64,000 nucleotides of DNA from Candidatus Latescibacterota bacterium (GTDB lineage Bacteria > Latescibacterota > UBA2968 > UBA8231), in assembly GCA_965217585.1 (NCBI GenBank), contig OZ244561.1, positions 1,088,001 to 1,152,000 of the forward strand, given 5' to 3'. Of the stretch, positions 20,760-29,244 are shown piece after piece. The notes beneath the pieces are model-generated. The model did not search any database. It worked only from the letters and a program-made list of their open reading frames with translations, and had not been told where the DNA came from. A program made the translations under genes and the position numbers. The stretch's first letter is position 1, and every line of letters begins with the position of its first letter.

Positions 20760-20993
20760 ATGACTAATGCGACCAAACGAATCACCATCGACTTTGATCC
20801 TGCGATTCACCGTGCCCTTCAGCGACAGGCCGCTGAAGCGAACCGGTCCATCTCCGCCTTGGTCAATGATGCCGTGAGGCGCACCCTAACCGAGGATGTC
20901 GAGGATTTGAGTGCCTTCGACGAGCGGGACGCCGAACCCAATTTGCCGTTTGAGGATGTCGTCAAAGATCTCAAGCGCAGTGGCAAGCTATAA
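20760..20993 (+). CDS. CopG/ribbon-helix-helix antitoxin
   Basis: KRITIDFD..IHRAL..QAAE.NRSISALVNDAVR; acidic tail EDVEDLSAFDER..EP. Confidence 0.82.
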   Translation: MTNATKRITIDFDPAIHRALQRQAAEANRSISALVNDAVRRTLTEDVEDLSAFDERDAEPNLPFEDVVKDLKRSGKL

Positions 20994-21040
20994 AATTCAG
21001 ATCAAGCCCTCTGCCGTCCGGGAAATCGAGGCGATTCCTC
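20980..21040 (+). pseudogene. RelE/ParE toxin, N-terminal ~20 codons only
   Basis: GTG overlapping the antitoxin end gives MASYKIQIKPSAVREIEAIP, then similarity stops at a T/C-rich tract before the MITE. Confidence 0.7.
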
Positions 21041-21060
21041 TTTCTTTTCTTAGTTACGTC

Positions 21061-21264
21061 CTGATGTTACGCAGCCTCTGTCTTCTTAGGGCAGCCTCTT
21101 CCGCCCGCTTGGTGCCTGTGCGGTCCCGGTGTCATGCCTGCGAAAGCAGGCATCCAGAAAGGCCGTTTGAGGCTAAGGCGCTGGGCTGGATTCCCGCTTT
21201 CGCGGGAATGACGACAGGCAGGGCAGCAAGGCGGCAGACACTACATAAGTCTTCGTAACGTCAG
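21061..21264. mobile_element. 204-bp non-autonomous MITE
   Basis: Terminal inverted repeats CTGATGTTACGCAGCCT / CTGACGTTACGAAGACT (14/17); flanking 7-bp direct repeat TTACGTC at 21054-21060 and 21265-21271; no transposase. Confidence 0.72.
21131..21212. repeat. Inverted pair of REP/dRS3-like palindromes inside the MITE
   Basis: GTCATGCCTGCGAAAGCAGGCATCCAG (21131-21157) and CTGGATTCCCGCTTTCGCGGGAATGAC (21186-21212); each forms a hairpin and they are inverse complements with compensatory changes. Confidence 0.85.
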
Positions 21265-21310
21265 TTACGTCTTTAACTCACCCTCTGTCGAGCGCTCCGG
21301 GAGAAACCAC

Positions 21311-22144
21311 ATGATCCGTCTCAACCAACAGCAACTCAACTTTTTCGACACCTTCGGCTACCTCGGGCTGCCGGGGTTGATGGCCGACTGCATCGACGAA
21401 ATCATCGACGCCTTTGAGCAGGTCTGGGCCGAGCGCGGCGGAGGCCACGACGGCCAACCGCACGACGACCAACGACGTTCCTGCATCGTGCCTTTCATCG
21501 ATCAACACGAGCGCCTGTGCGCCCTGCTCGACGATCCGCGCATCGAGGGATTACTCGCCAGTCTGCTCGGCGACAACTTCAACTACAGCAGTTCCGACGG
21601 CAACTACTACGCCGGCGACACGCAGTGGCACTCCGACGGCTACCAGAAGGAAGTGCGCCACGTCAAGATCGCCTTCTACCTCGACCACTTAACCCGCGAC
21701 ACCGGCTGCCTGCGCGTGATCCCAGGCAGCCACCGGCTCCGCGATCAGTACGCCGATGCACTCGAAGCAAACGCGCGCCAATCGCAGGAGCAGTGGGGCA
21801 TCTCCGGCGACCAGGTACCCGCCGTCGCGCTGGAGATCGTCCCAGGAGACGTCGTCGTCTTCCAACACAACCTCAAACACGCGGCCTTCGGGGGCGGTGG
21901 CCGCCGCCGCATGTTCACCATCAACTGCATGGTGCGCGTGCCCGACGATCAGCTCGACACCGTCAAACAAGACATCGCCGGGCTGGCCCGCTTCTGGGCG
22001 GAGCGCGCGTACGGCGAGAAGATGATCGCCACGGCGAGTGCCCGTCGCATGGTGCATCTCAAGCAACGCATGGCCAATGACGGCCACCTCAAAGAACTAG
22101 CGGCGAAGGCGCGGGCCGAGATGGCCGAGCCGTCGCGGGGATAG
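21311..22144 (+). CDS. Phytanoyl-CoA dioxygenase (PhyH) family Fe(II)/2-OG dioxygenase
   Basis: FFDTFGYL, WHSDG (HxD), GCLRVIPGSH, PGDVVVF..NLKH, RRM. Confidence 0.9.
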   Translation: MIRLNQQQLNFFDTFGYLGLPGLMADCIDEIIDAFEQVWAERGGGHDGQPHDDQRRSCIVPFIDQHERLCALLDDPRIEGLLASLLGDNFNYSSSDGNYYAGDTQWHSDGYQKEVRHVKIAFYLDHLTRDTGCLRVIPGSHRLRDQYADALEANARQSQEQWGISGDQVPAVALEIVPGDVVVFQHNLKHAAFGGGGRRRMFTINCMVRVPDDQLDTVKQDIAGLARFWAERAYGEKMIATASARRMVHLKQRMANDGHLKELAAKARAEMAEPSRG

Positions 22145-23078
22145 GGCAATCAGGAGCGACCACTACGAATTCAAAATGGGGATCTACCTCGGAGAGCTGC
22201 AGCAGCCATTCGAGCAATCGCTGGCCACGGCGCGCGACCTCGGCGCGCACTACATCTGGTGCGGCATCCACTCCAACAATCGCAGCTTCTACGAGCTTTC
22301 CGACGCCGAGATAGACCAAGCCGCCGAGCAAGTTGCCGCGCACGGTCTCGAGTTTTTCCTGCTCGACGGCGCTGGGTTGTTCAAGACAGTACACCTCGCC
22401 GAGCTTGAGCCGGGCAAGATGCTCGAACACGCCCAATTCAAGGATCATTTCACCAAGCTGGAACGGTCGATGGAGGTTTCAGCCCGCTTGGGAATCGCCG
22501 CGGTCGGCTGCAGCAGCTTCGCTTGGCCGGCCGAGTATACCGGCGGCAAGCCCACTTGGCCGATGCGCTGGGCAACGCGCGGCGGCATCATCTCCGACGG
22601 CGACATGGCAAAGCTCGTCGAAGCATTCTCCATGTTCGCCGATATCGCCGAAAAATACGACGTCGATATCGCCTTCCTGATGATGCAGTGGAATTACGGC
22701 AACACCAGTCGCAACTTCCGCCGCATCGTCGAAGCAGTCGGCTCGCGGCGGTTCAAGGTGCTCTGGTGTCCGGCGGACAACTACAACTGTGGCGAAGTTG
22801 ACAATGCCACCGCCGGATTCGAAAACCTCCGCCCCTACCTGCACGGCGTCCACGCCAAGGACCTGCGCACCATAAACGGCTCAAAGCTCGAATTTGAGTA
22901 CACGCCCATCGGCGAGGGCGACGTCGATTACCCGACGATCCTGCGCAACCTGCGCGACAACCGCTGCGACGTCGTCCTGTCGATTGCCACCCACTTCCTA
23001 CCGGCAAGCGGCTCGCGGCTCGAAGCCATGCAGACGAACTACACCAACATCCGCAGGCTGATTGGCGAGTTGGCGTAG
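22064..23078 (+). repeat. Direct repeat copy 1 (phyH 3' end + epimerase); copy 2 at 28181-29195; partial copy 3 at 31482-31711
   Basis: 1015-bp collinear, gap-free match to 28181-29195 with scattered substitutions; last 230 bp also match 31482-31711. Confidence 0.95.
22176..23078 (+). CDS. Sugar phosphate isomerase/epimerase (xylose isomerase-like TIM barrel), copy 1
   Basis: HGVHAKD, PIGEGDVDYPTIL, VLSIATH; the first ATG of copy 2 reads AGG here. Confidence 0.82.
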   Translation: MGIYLGELQQPFEQSLATARDLGAHYIWCGIHSNNRSFYELSDAEIDQAAEQVAAHGLEFFLLDGAGLFKTVHLAELEPGKMLEHAQFKDHFTKLERSMEVSARLGIAAVGCSSFAWPAEYTGGKPTWPMRWATRGGIISDGDMAKLVEAFSMFADIAEKYDVDIAFLMMQWNYGNTSRNFRRIVEAVGSRRFKVLWCPADNYNCGEVDNATAGFENLRPYLHGVHAKDLRTINGSKLEFEYTPIGEGDVDYPTILRNLRDNRCDVVLSIATHFLPASGSRLEAMQTNYTNIRRLIGELA

Positions 23079-23135
23079 CTTTTATCGCTTCACTTGATAG
23101 GAATGGATTTGACAATACTGTGGAAAGTTTATTTT

Positions 23136-23164
23136 TTGCAAACGGTTGCTTGACCGCTTATATT
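23136..23164 (+). promoter_or_regulatory. Putative sigma70 promoter for the WD40 gene
   Basis: TTGCAA-17bp-TATATT in an AT-rich spacer. Confidence 0.45.
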
Positions 23165-23307
23165 ATAGCTGCAAGGCAACTCGAAGCGGGTGCCCGCCGA
23201 GCTGTCCCAGACGCGTCCGTGCGGACGGGTTCGAGTACTAGCGTCCCAAGCCCGACAGTGCGGAACAGCCGCGCAACAGTCAATCTCCGGCCAAGGAAGG
23301 ATTTCAG

Positions 23308-26300
23308 ATGAAAAAGTCTCGATTGTTCAACCTCATCCTCTTGTTAGTCGCGCTCCTGTTCGTGCAGGACAGCCACGCCCAGACCATCCTCGAAGGGCAT
23401 AGACGAGATGTCACTTCCGTAGCGTTTTCACCCGATGGCACAACCCTCGCTTCCGGGTCAAAGGACAACACGGTCAAGCTGTGGGATGTAGAAACCAGAG
23501 AAATTATCGCCACCCTTGAGGGGCATACGAGTGATGTGACTTCCGTGGCGTTTTCTCCCGATGGGACACTGCTTGCTTCTGGATCAGAGGATGAAACAAT
23601 CAAGCTGTGGGACGTGGCGACGAAAACAAATATTGCCACCCTCGAAGGGCATAGACGAGATGTCACTTCCGTAGCGTTTTCACCCGATGGCACAACCCTC
23701 GCTTCCGCATCGTGGGATGACACAATCAAGCTGTGGGATGTAGAAACCAGAGAAATTATCGCTACCCTTGAGGGGCATACGAGGGATGTGACTTCCGTGG
23801 CGTTTTCTCCCGATGGGACACTGCTTGCTTCCGGGTCAGAGGACAACACGGTCAAGCTGTGGGATGTGGCGACGCATACAAATATTGCCACCCTTGAAGG
23901 GCATACGAGTTATGTGACTTCTGTGGCATTTTCACACGACGGAACCACCCTCGCTTCCGGGTCAAAGGACAACACGGTCAAGCTGTGGGATGTGGCGACG
24001 AAAACAAATACCGCCACTCTTGCTGGACATACGGGTGACGTCCATTCCGTAGCGTTTTCACCCGATGGGACCACCCTCGCTTCCGCAGGGGGAACGTTTG
24101 ATGAAAAGGTCAAGCTGTGGGATGTGGCTGGACAATATTCTTTCGCCACCTTCGAGCATACGGGTGACGTCCATTCCGTGACATTTTCACCCGACGGGAC
24201 CCTGCTCGCTTCCGGGTCAGAGGACAAGACGGTCAAGCTGTGGGATGTCTCAGAATGGCTGGTTCCCCGTCCTTTTAGGTTAGTGATAATCTCTGGTGAT
24301 GACCAGCAAGGTACGCCCGGTGCTGCATTGCCCCACCCTCTAATCGTTGAAGTCAGAGACAAGGACAATAATCCCCTACCAGATGTACAGGTCACCTTTA
24401 CGGTCACTGCTGGTGCAGGAGAGCTCAGCGGGCAGTTCGCGGTTGAGCACGTAACGACCGATGCCAATGGCCGCGCACAACGGACGCTTACGCTTGGTCC
24501 CGGTCCGGGAACACACACCTTTGTTGGGGTATCTGTCCTTGGGGGTGCGTTGCTGGTGACGTTTAATGCGGTAGGCACTGGAACGCCTGATGTCCTGTTT
24601 TTGCGGGACGGCCTTACCGAGGACACCCTTGAAGGGCATACGAGTGATGTGACTTCAGTGGCGTTTTCGCCCTATGGGACACTGCTCGCTTCCGGGTCAG
24701 ATTATGGCACAGTTGTGCTGTGGGACGTGGCGACGAGCACAAACACGGCCACATTTGAAGATAATGTTTATGGCGTCTATTCTATAGCATTTTCACCCAA
24801 TGGTACAACCCTCGCTACCGCGTCTTTATATCGCATCAAGCTGTGGGACGTGGCGACGGGCACAAATATCGCCATCCTTGCAGGAAAATTTTTCGAATCT
24901 GTGGCGTTCTCACCCGATGGGAAGACTCTTGCTTCCGCATCTTGGGATGGGCTCAAGCTGTGGGATGTGGCGACGCGTAAGAGTACCGCCATACTTGAAG
25001 AGACGCCTTATGGTCGTGTCTATTCTATGGCGTTTTCACCCGATGGCACACTCGCCACCGCGTCAGATGAAGGCACGATCAAGCTATGGGACATAGCGAC
25101 TGGAAATTCCGCCACCCTTAAAGGGCATACGGATAATGTCTATTCTGTGGCGTTTTCATCCGATGGCACGCTGCTTGCCTCTGGATCAGAGGATGGCACG
25201 GTCAAGCTGTGGGATGTGGTGAGGCGTACAGATACCGCCACCCTTAAAGGGCATACGCTGGCAGTCACTTCTGTGGCATTTTCACCCAATAGCGCAACCA
25301 TCATATCCGGGTCAGAGGATGGCACGGTCAAGCTGTGGGATGTGGCGACGGGCACAAATACCGCCATACTTGATGGGCATACAGATGAGGTTCTTTCGGT
25401 GGCATTCTCGCCCCATGGGACGATTGTCGCGTCTGGATCAAAGGATAATACGGTCAAACTGTGGGATGTGGCTGAGGCGGTTCAGCCACAGTCTTTCGGG
25501 TTGGTGAAAATCTCAGGCGATGACCAGCAAGGCATACCTGGTGCCACGTTGCCCAACCCCCTAATCGTTGAAGTGAAAGATCAGTACGGTAATCCCTTAC
25601 CAAGTGCTCAAGTCACTTTTACGGTCACCGCCGGTGAGGGGAAGCTCAGTGGTCAGTTCACAGTTGAGCAGGCAACAACCGATGCCAATGGCCGCGCAGA
25701 ACGGACGCTTACGCTTGGTCCCGGTCCGGGAACATACACTCTTGTTAGGGTATCTGATGGGCGCAGGCTGGTGATATTTACTGTTGGGACGCCTGACGTG
25801 CCACGTAGCAGGGACGGTGATTATTGGACATGGCATTTACCCGATGGCGTAATCGCACGTTTGGGTAAAGGTTTGATATTGGATATAGCGTACTCAGCCG
25901 ATGGTACGCGGTTGGCAGTGGGCAGTGGCATCGGTGTTTGGGTCTATAATGCACTCACCGGCGACGAGATCGACTTCCTAACGGAGCATACATCTGCAGT
26001 CCGCAGCGTCGCGTTCAACCCAGATGGCAGCACACTCGCCAGTGGCGAGTGGGACGGTACAATCCATCTGTGGGATGCGGACACAGGACAGCACTTGAAA
26101 ACGATCACAGGGCATACATCTGCAGTCCGCAGCGTCGCGTTCAACCCAGATGGTAGCACACTCGCTAGTGGCAGTCAGGGCGGTACAATCCGTCTGTGGG
26201 ATGCGGACACAGGACAGCACTTGAGAGGGCTCACTACGCAGGATGTATTTGGAAATGCGGAGATCGTCAATAGTATCGCGTTCAGGCCGGATGGCAGCAC

Positions 26301-28119
26301 ACTCGCTAGCGCTGGAAAATCTTTCCTTAGTAGTGTAATCCATCTGTGGGATGCGGACACAGGACGGCATTTGGAAACGATTACAGCGCCTGGGGCAGGC
26401 GGATTCTGGAGTGTCGCATTCAGCCCGGAGGGTAGCAGGCTCGTCAGTCCCAGTCAGGTTCTCCCGGGATTTCGCCGAGGCGACCTCTATCTGTGGGATG
26501 CGGATACAGGACGGCGTTTGGAAAGGTTGGAGCATAGGGATAATTTTTCTGAGCCTACCTATTATTATAGCGCCGCGTTCAGCCCGGAGGGCAACACACT
26601 CGTCAGTGGAGGCGGAAAGTTTTTTGGAGGAGGTAATATTGATCTGTGGGATGCGGACACATGGCAGCACCAGCAGAGGCTCTCAGGACATTCGTGGCCT
26701 GTGCGGAGTGTCGCGTTCAGCCCGGAGGGGAAGAGGTTCGCCAGTGGAGGTGGGGAGGAACTCCTTCTGTGGGATGCTACGGGACTGCCCTTGAACACGG
26801 TCCTTGGGCATAACTGGTTGGGTCGAAGCGTCGCACTTAGCGCGGATGGCACACTCGCCAGTGGCGGTTGGGGCGGCACAATTGATCTGTGGGATGTGGA
26901 TACAGGACAGCCCTTGAAAACGATCACAGGGCATACATCTACAGTCCGCAGCGTCGCGTTCAACCCAGATGGCAGCACACTCGCTAGTGCGGTTGGCCCA
27001 AATCTTCGGCTATGGGATGTGGTCACAGGACAGCATAAAAAGAATCTGATCGAGAATAGATCCTATGGACAAGGCTCCGGCATCGGCATTGGTATTGGTG
27101 GCTTCGGATTCGGTGACACCAGCGGCGGTCTCACTGGTATTAGAGTTGGAGGCATTACCCTCGGTTTTAGTGTCGGCGGTGGTAGTACCTATAGACCTCC
27201 TGATATTTTGTCGGTCGTATTCTCAAGGGATGGCAGTATGCTCGCGGTTGGGGATGAGGCAAATAGAATTAAATTGATAGATGTTGACACGGAACGGGTA
27301 CTGAACACGCTCGAAGGCCATACAGATGATGTCTGGGGCGTCGCATTCAGCCTGGATGGCACGCTGGCTAGTGGGAGCGCAGACGGCACCATTCGTCTGT
27401 GGGATATCACCACCGGACAGTCCCTGAACACGCTCGAAGGCCATATAGATGATGTCTGGGGCGTCGCATTCAGCCTGGATGGCACGCTGGCTAGTGGGAG
27501 CGCAGACGGCACCATTCGTCTGTGGGATGTTATCACTGGACAACTCAAGCAGACGCTTGAAGGGCATACGGATGATGTCCGGAGCGTCGCATTCAGCCCG
27601 GATGGCCACTCGCTCGCCAGTGGAAGTCTGGACCGTACCATTCGTCTGTGGGATGTCTCCACAGGACAGCTCAAGGAGACGCTCGAAGGGCATATGTCTG
27701 AAGTCTGGAGCGTTGCGTTTAGTCGGGATGGCAGCATACTCGCCAGTGGAAGTTTGGACGGCACGATTTTGCTGTGGGACGTGGCCGAATGGACAAATTC
27801 GGGAACTACCGTCGCGGCGAATAAGTTGATCGGCCTGCCGGATGAACTCCAGTTGCAGCAGAACGCGCCCAACCCGTTCAACAGCCAGACGGTCATCTCC
27901 TACTTCCTGCCAAAATCGGGCCCGACGCGCCTAGAAGTGTTTTCAGTGACCGGTCAGCGGGTGGCGGTCTTGCGCCAAGGGCACCAGCAGGCTGGCTACC
28001 ACCAGCTCCACTGGAATGCCCGCGACAGCGCAGGCCGTCCCCTAGCCAGCGGCATTTACCTGTACAGGCTGGTGACAGACGAGGGTATCTTGACGCGCAA
28101 ACTCACCCTGCTACGTTAA
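23308..28119 (+). CDS. Secreted WD40 protein (28 repeats) with two Big_1/invasin-like Ig domains and a C-terminal FlgD/T9SS-CTD-like domain
   Basis: Signal peptide; GH...WD repeats in blocks of 7+7+14; two ISGDDQQG...TTDANGRA domains; QNAPNPFN...SGIYLYRL...TRKLTLLR. Confidence 0.92.
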   Translation: MKKSRLFNLILLLVALLFVQDSHAQTILEGHRRDVTSVAFSPDGTTLASGSKDNTVKLWDVETREIIATLEGHTSDVTSVAFSPDGTLLASGSEDETIKLWDVATKTNIATLEGHRRDVTSVAFSPDGTTLASASWDDTIKLWDVETREIIATLEGHTRDVTSVAFSPDGTLLASGSEDNTVKLWDVATHTNIATLEGHTSYVTSVAFSHDGTTLASGSKDNTVKLWDVATKTNTATLAGHTGDVHSVAFSPDGTTLASAGGTFDEKVKLWDVAGQYSFATFEHTGDVHSVTFSPDGTLLASGSEDKTVKLWDVSEWLVPRPFRLVIISGDDQQGTPGAALPHPLIVEVRDKDNNPLPDVQVTFTVTAGAGELSGQFAVEHVTTDANGRAQRTLTLGPGPGTHTFVGVSVLGGALLVTFNAVGTGTPDVLFLRDGLTEDTLEGHTSDVTSVAFSPYGTLLASGSDYGTVVLWDVATSTNTATFEDNVYGVYSIAFSPNGTTLATASLYRIKLWDVATGTNIAILAGKFFESVAFSPDGKTLASASWDGLKLWDVATRKSTAILEETPYGRVYSMAFSPDGTLATASDEGTIKLWDIATGNSATLKGHTDNVYSVAFSSDGTLLASGSEDGTVKLWDVVRRTDTATLKGHTLAVTSVAFSPNSATIISGSEDGTVKLWDVATGTNTAILDGHTDEVLSVAFSPHGTIVASGSKDNTVKLWDVAEAVQPQSFGLVKISGDDQQGIPGATLPNPLIVEVKDQYGNPLPSAQVTFTVTAGEGKLSGQFTVEQATTDANGRAERTLTLGPGPGTYTLVRVSDGRRLVIFTVGTPDVPRSRDGDYWTWHLPDGVIARLGKGLILDIAYSADGTRLAVGSGIGVWVYNALTGDEIDFLTEHTSAVRSVAFNPDGSTLASGEWDGTIHLWDADTGQHLKTITGHTSAVRSVAFNPDGSTLASGSQGGTIRLWDADTGQHLRGLTTQDVFGNAEIVNSIAFRPDGSTLASAGKSFLSSVIHLWDADTGRHLETITAPGAGGFWSVAFSPEGSRLVSPSQVLPGFRRGDLYLWDADTGRRLERLEHRDNFSEPTYYYSAAFSPEGNTLVSGGGKFFGGGNIDLWDADTWQHQQRLSGHSWPVRSVAFSPEGKRFASGGGEELLLWDATGLPLNTVLGHNWLGRSVALSADGTLASGGWGGTIDLWDVDTGQPLKTITGHTSTVRSVAFNPDGSTLASAVGPNLRLWDVVTGQHKKNLIENRSYGQGSGIGIGIGGFGFGDTSGGLTGIRVGGITLGFSVGGGSTYRPPDILSVVFSRDGSMLAVGDEANRIKLIDVDTERVLNTLEGHTDDVWGVAFSLDGTLASGSADGTIRLWDITTGQSLNTLEGHIDDVWGVAFSLDGTLASGSADGTIRLWDVITGQLKQTLEGHTDDVRSVAFSPDGHSLASGSLDRTIRLWDVSTGQLKETLEGHMSEVWSVAFSRDGSILASGSLDGTILLWDVAEWTNSGTTVAANKLIGLPDELQLQQNAPNPFNSQTVISYFLPKSGPTRLEVFSVTGQRVAVLRQGHQQAGYHQLHWNARDSAGRPLASGIYLYRLVTDEGILTRKLTLLR

Positions 28120-28180
28120 GCGTACCGTGCGCCAAGGTTCAAGTGCTAGCGGCCCGATATAGGCTCGAAAGTACATGGAA

Positions 28181-28261
28181 CAGCGCATGGCCAACGACGG
28201 CCACCTCAAAAAACTAGCGGCAAAGGCGCGGGCCGAGATGCCCGAGCCGTCGCGGGGATAG
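28181..28261 (+). pseudogene. Duplicated 3' end of the phyH gene
   Basis: Encodes QRMANDGHLKKLAAKARAEMPEPSRG*, matching 22064-22144. Confidence 0.9.
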
Positions 28262-28268
28262 GGAAATC

Positions 28269-29195
28269 ATGAGCGACCACTACGAATTCAAGATGGGGAT
28301 CTACCTCGGAGAGCTGCAGCAGCCATTCGAGCAATCGCTGGCCACAGCGCGCGACCTCGGCGCGCACTACATCTGGTGCGGCACCCACTCCGACAATCGC
28401 AGCTTCTACGAGCTTTCCGACGGCGAGATAGACCAAGCCGCCGCGCAGGTCGCTGCACACGGTCTCGAGTTTTTCCTGCTCGACGGCGCGGGGTTGTTCA
28501 AGACAGTGCATCTCGCCGAGCTTGAGCCGGGCAAAATGCTCAAACACGCCCAGTTCAAGGATCATTTCACCAAGCTGGAACGGTCGATGGAGGTTTCGGC
28601 CCGCTTGGGGATCGGCGTGGTCGGCTGCAGCAGCTTCGCCTGGCCGGCCGAGTACACCGGCAGCAAGCCAACCTGGCCGATGCGCTGGGCGACCCGTGGC
28701 GGCATCATCTCCGACGGCGACATGGAAAAGCTCGTCGAGGCGTTCTCCATGTTCGCCGACCTCGCTGAGAAATACGATGTCGATATCGCCTTCCTGATGA
28801 TGCAGTGGAACTACGGCAACACCAGCCGCAACTTCCGCCGCATCGTCGAAGCCGTAGGCTCGCGGCGCTTCAAGGTGCTCTGGTGTCCAGCGGACAACTA
28901 CAACTGCGGCGAAATCGACAACGCCACCGCCGGCTTCGAAAACCTGCGCCCCTACCTGCACGGCGTCCACGCCAAGGACCTGCGCACCCTAAACGGCGCA
29001 AAGCTCGAATTCGAGTACGCGCCCATCGGCGAGGGCCACGTCGATTACCCGACGATCCTGCGCAACCTGCGCGACAACCGCTGTGACGTCGTCCTGTCGA
29101 TCGCCACCCACTTCCTGCCGGCCAGCGGCTCACGGCTCGAAGCCATGCAGACGAACTACGCTAATATCCGCAGGCTGATCGGCGAGTTGGCGTAG
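28269..29195 (+). CDS. Sugar phosphate isomerase/epimerase, copy 2
   Basis: About 16 amino-acid differences from copy 1 by hand count; intact MSDHYEFK start. Confidence 0.85.
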   Translation: MSDHYEFKMGIYLGELQQPFEQSLATARDLGAHYIWCGTHSDNRSFYELSDGEIDQAAAQVAAHGLEFFLLDGAGLFKTVHLAELEPGKMLKHAQFKDHFTKLERSMEVSARLGIGVVGCSSFAWPAEYTGSKPTWPMRWATRGGIISDGDMEKLVEAFSMFADLAEKYDVDIAFLMMQWNYGNTSRNFRRIVEAVGSRRFKVLWCPADNYNCGEIDNATAGFENLRPYLHGVHAKDLRTLNGAKLEFEYAPIGEGHVDYPTILRNLRDNRCDVVLSIATHFLPASGSRLEAMQTNYANIRRLIGELA

Positions 29196-29201
29196 CCTTC
29201 C

Positions 29202-29229
29202 TATCTCGGCGACTCAAGACACCGAGATA
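29202..29229. other. Hairpin between epimerase copy 2 and the next gene
   Basis: TATCTCGG-N12-CCGAGATA. Confidence 0.4.
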
Positions 29230-29244
29230 TAAGGAGTATGACCT

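Noticed and set aside
20911-21258. 115-aa ORF
   Set aside because: A chimera of antitoxin overlap, relE stub and MITE sequence.
23165-23300. tRNA or riboswitch in the WD40 leader (GGGTTCGAGT, hairpin CGTCCG-TG-CGGACG)
   Set aside because: No cloverleaf, acceptor stem or recognisable riboswitch consensus could be built by eye.
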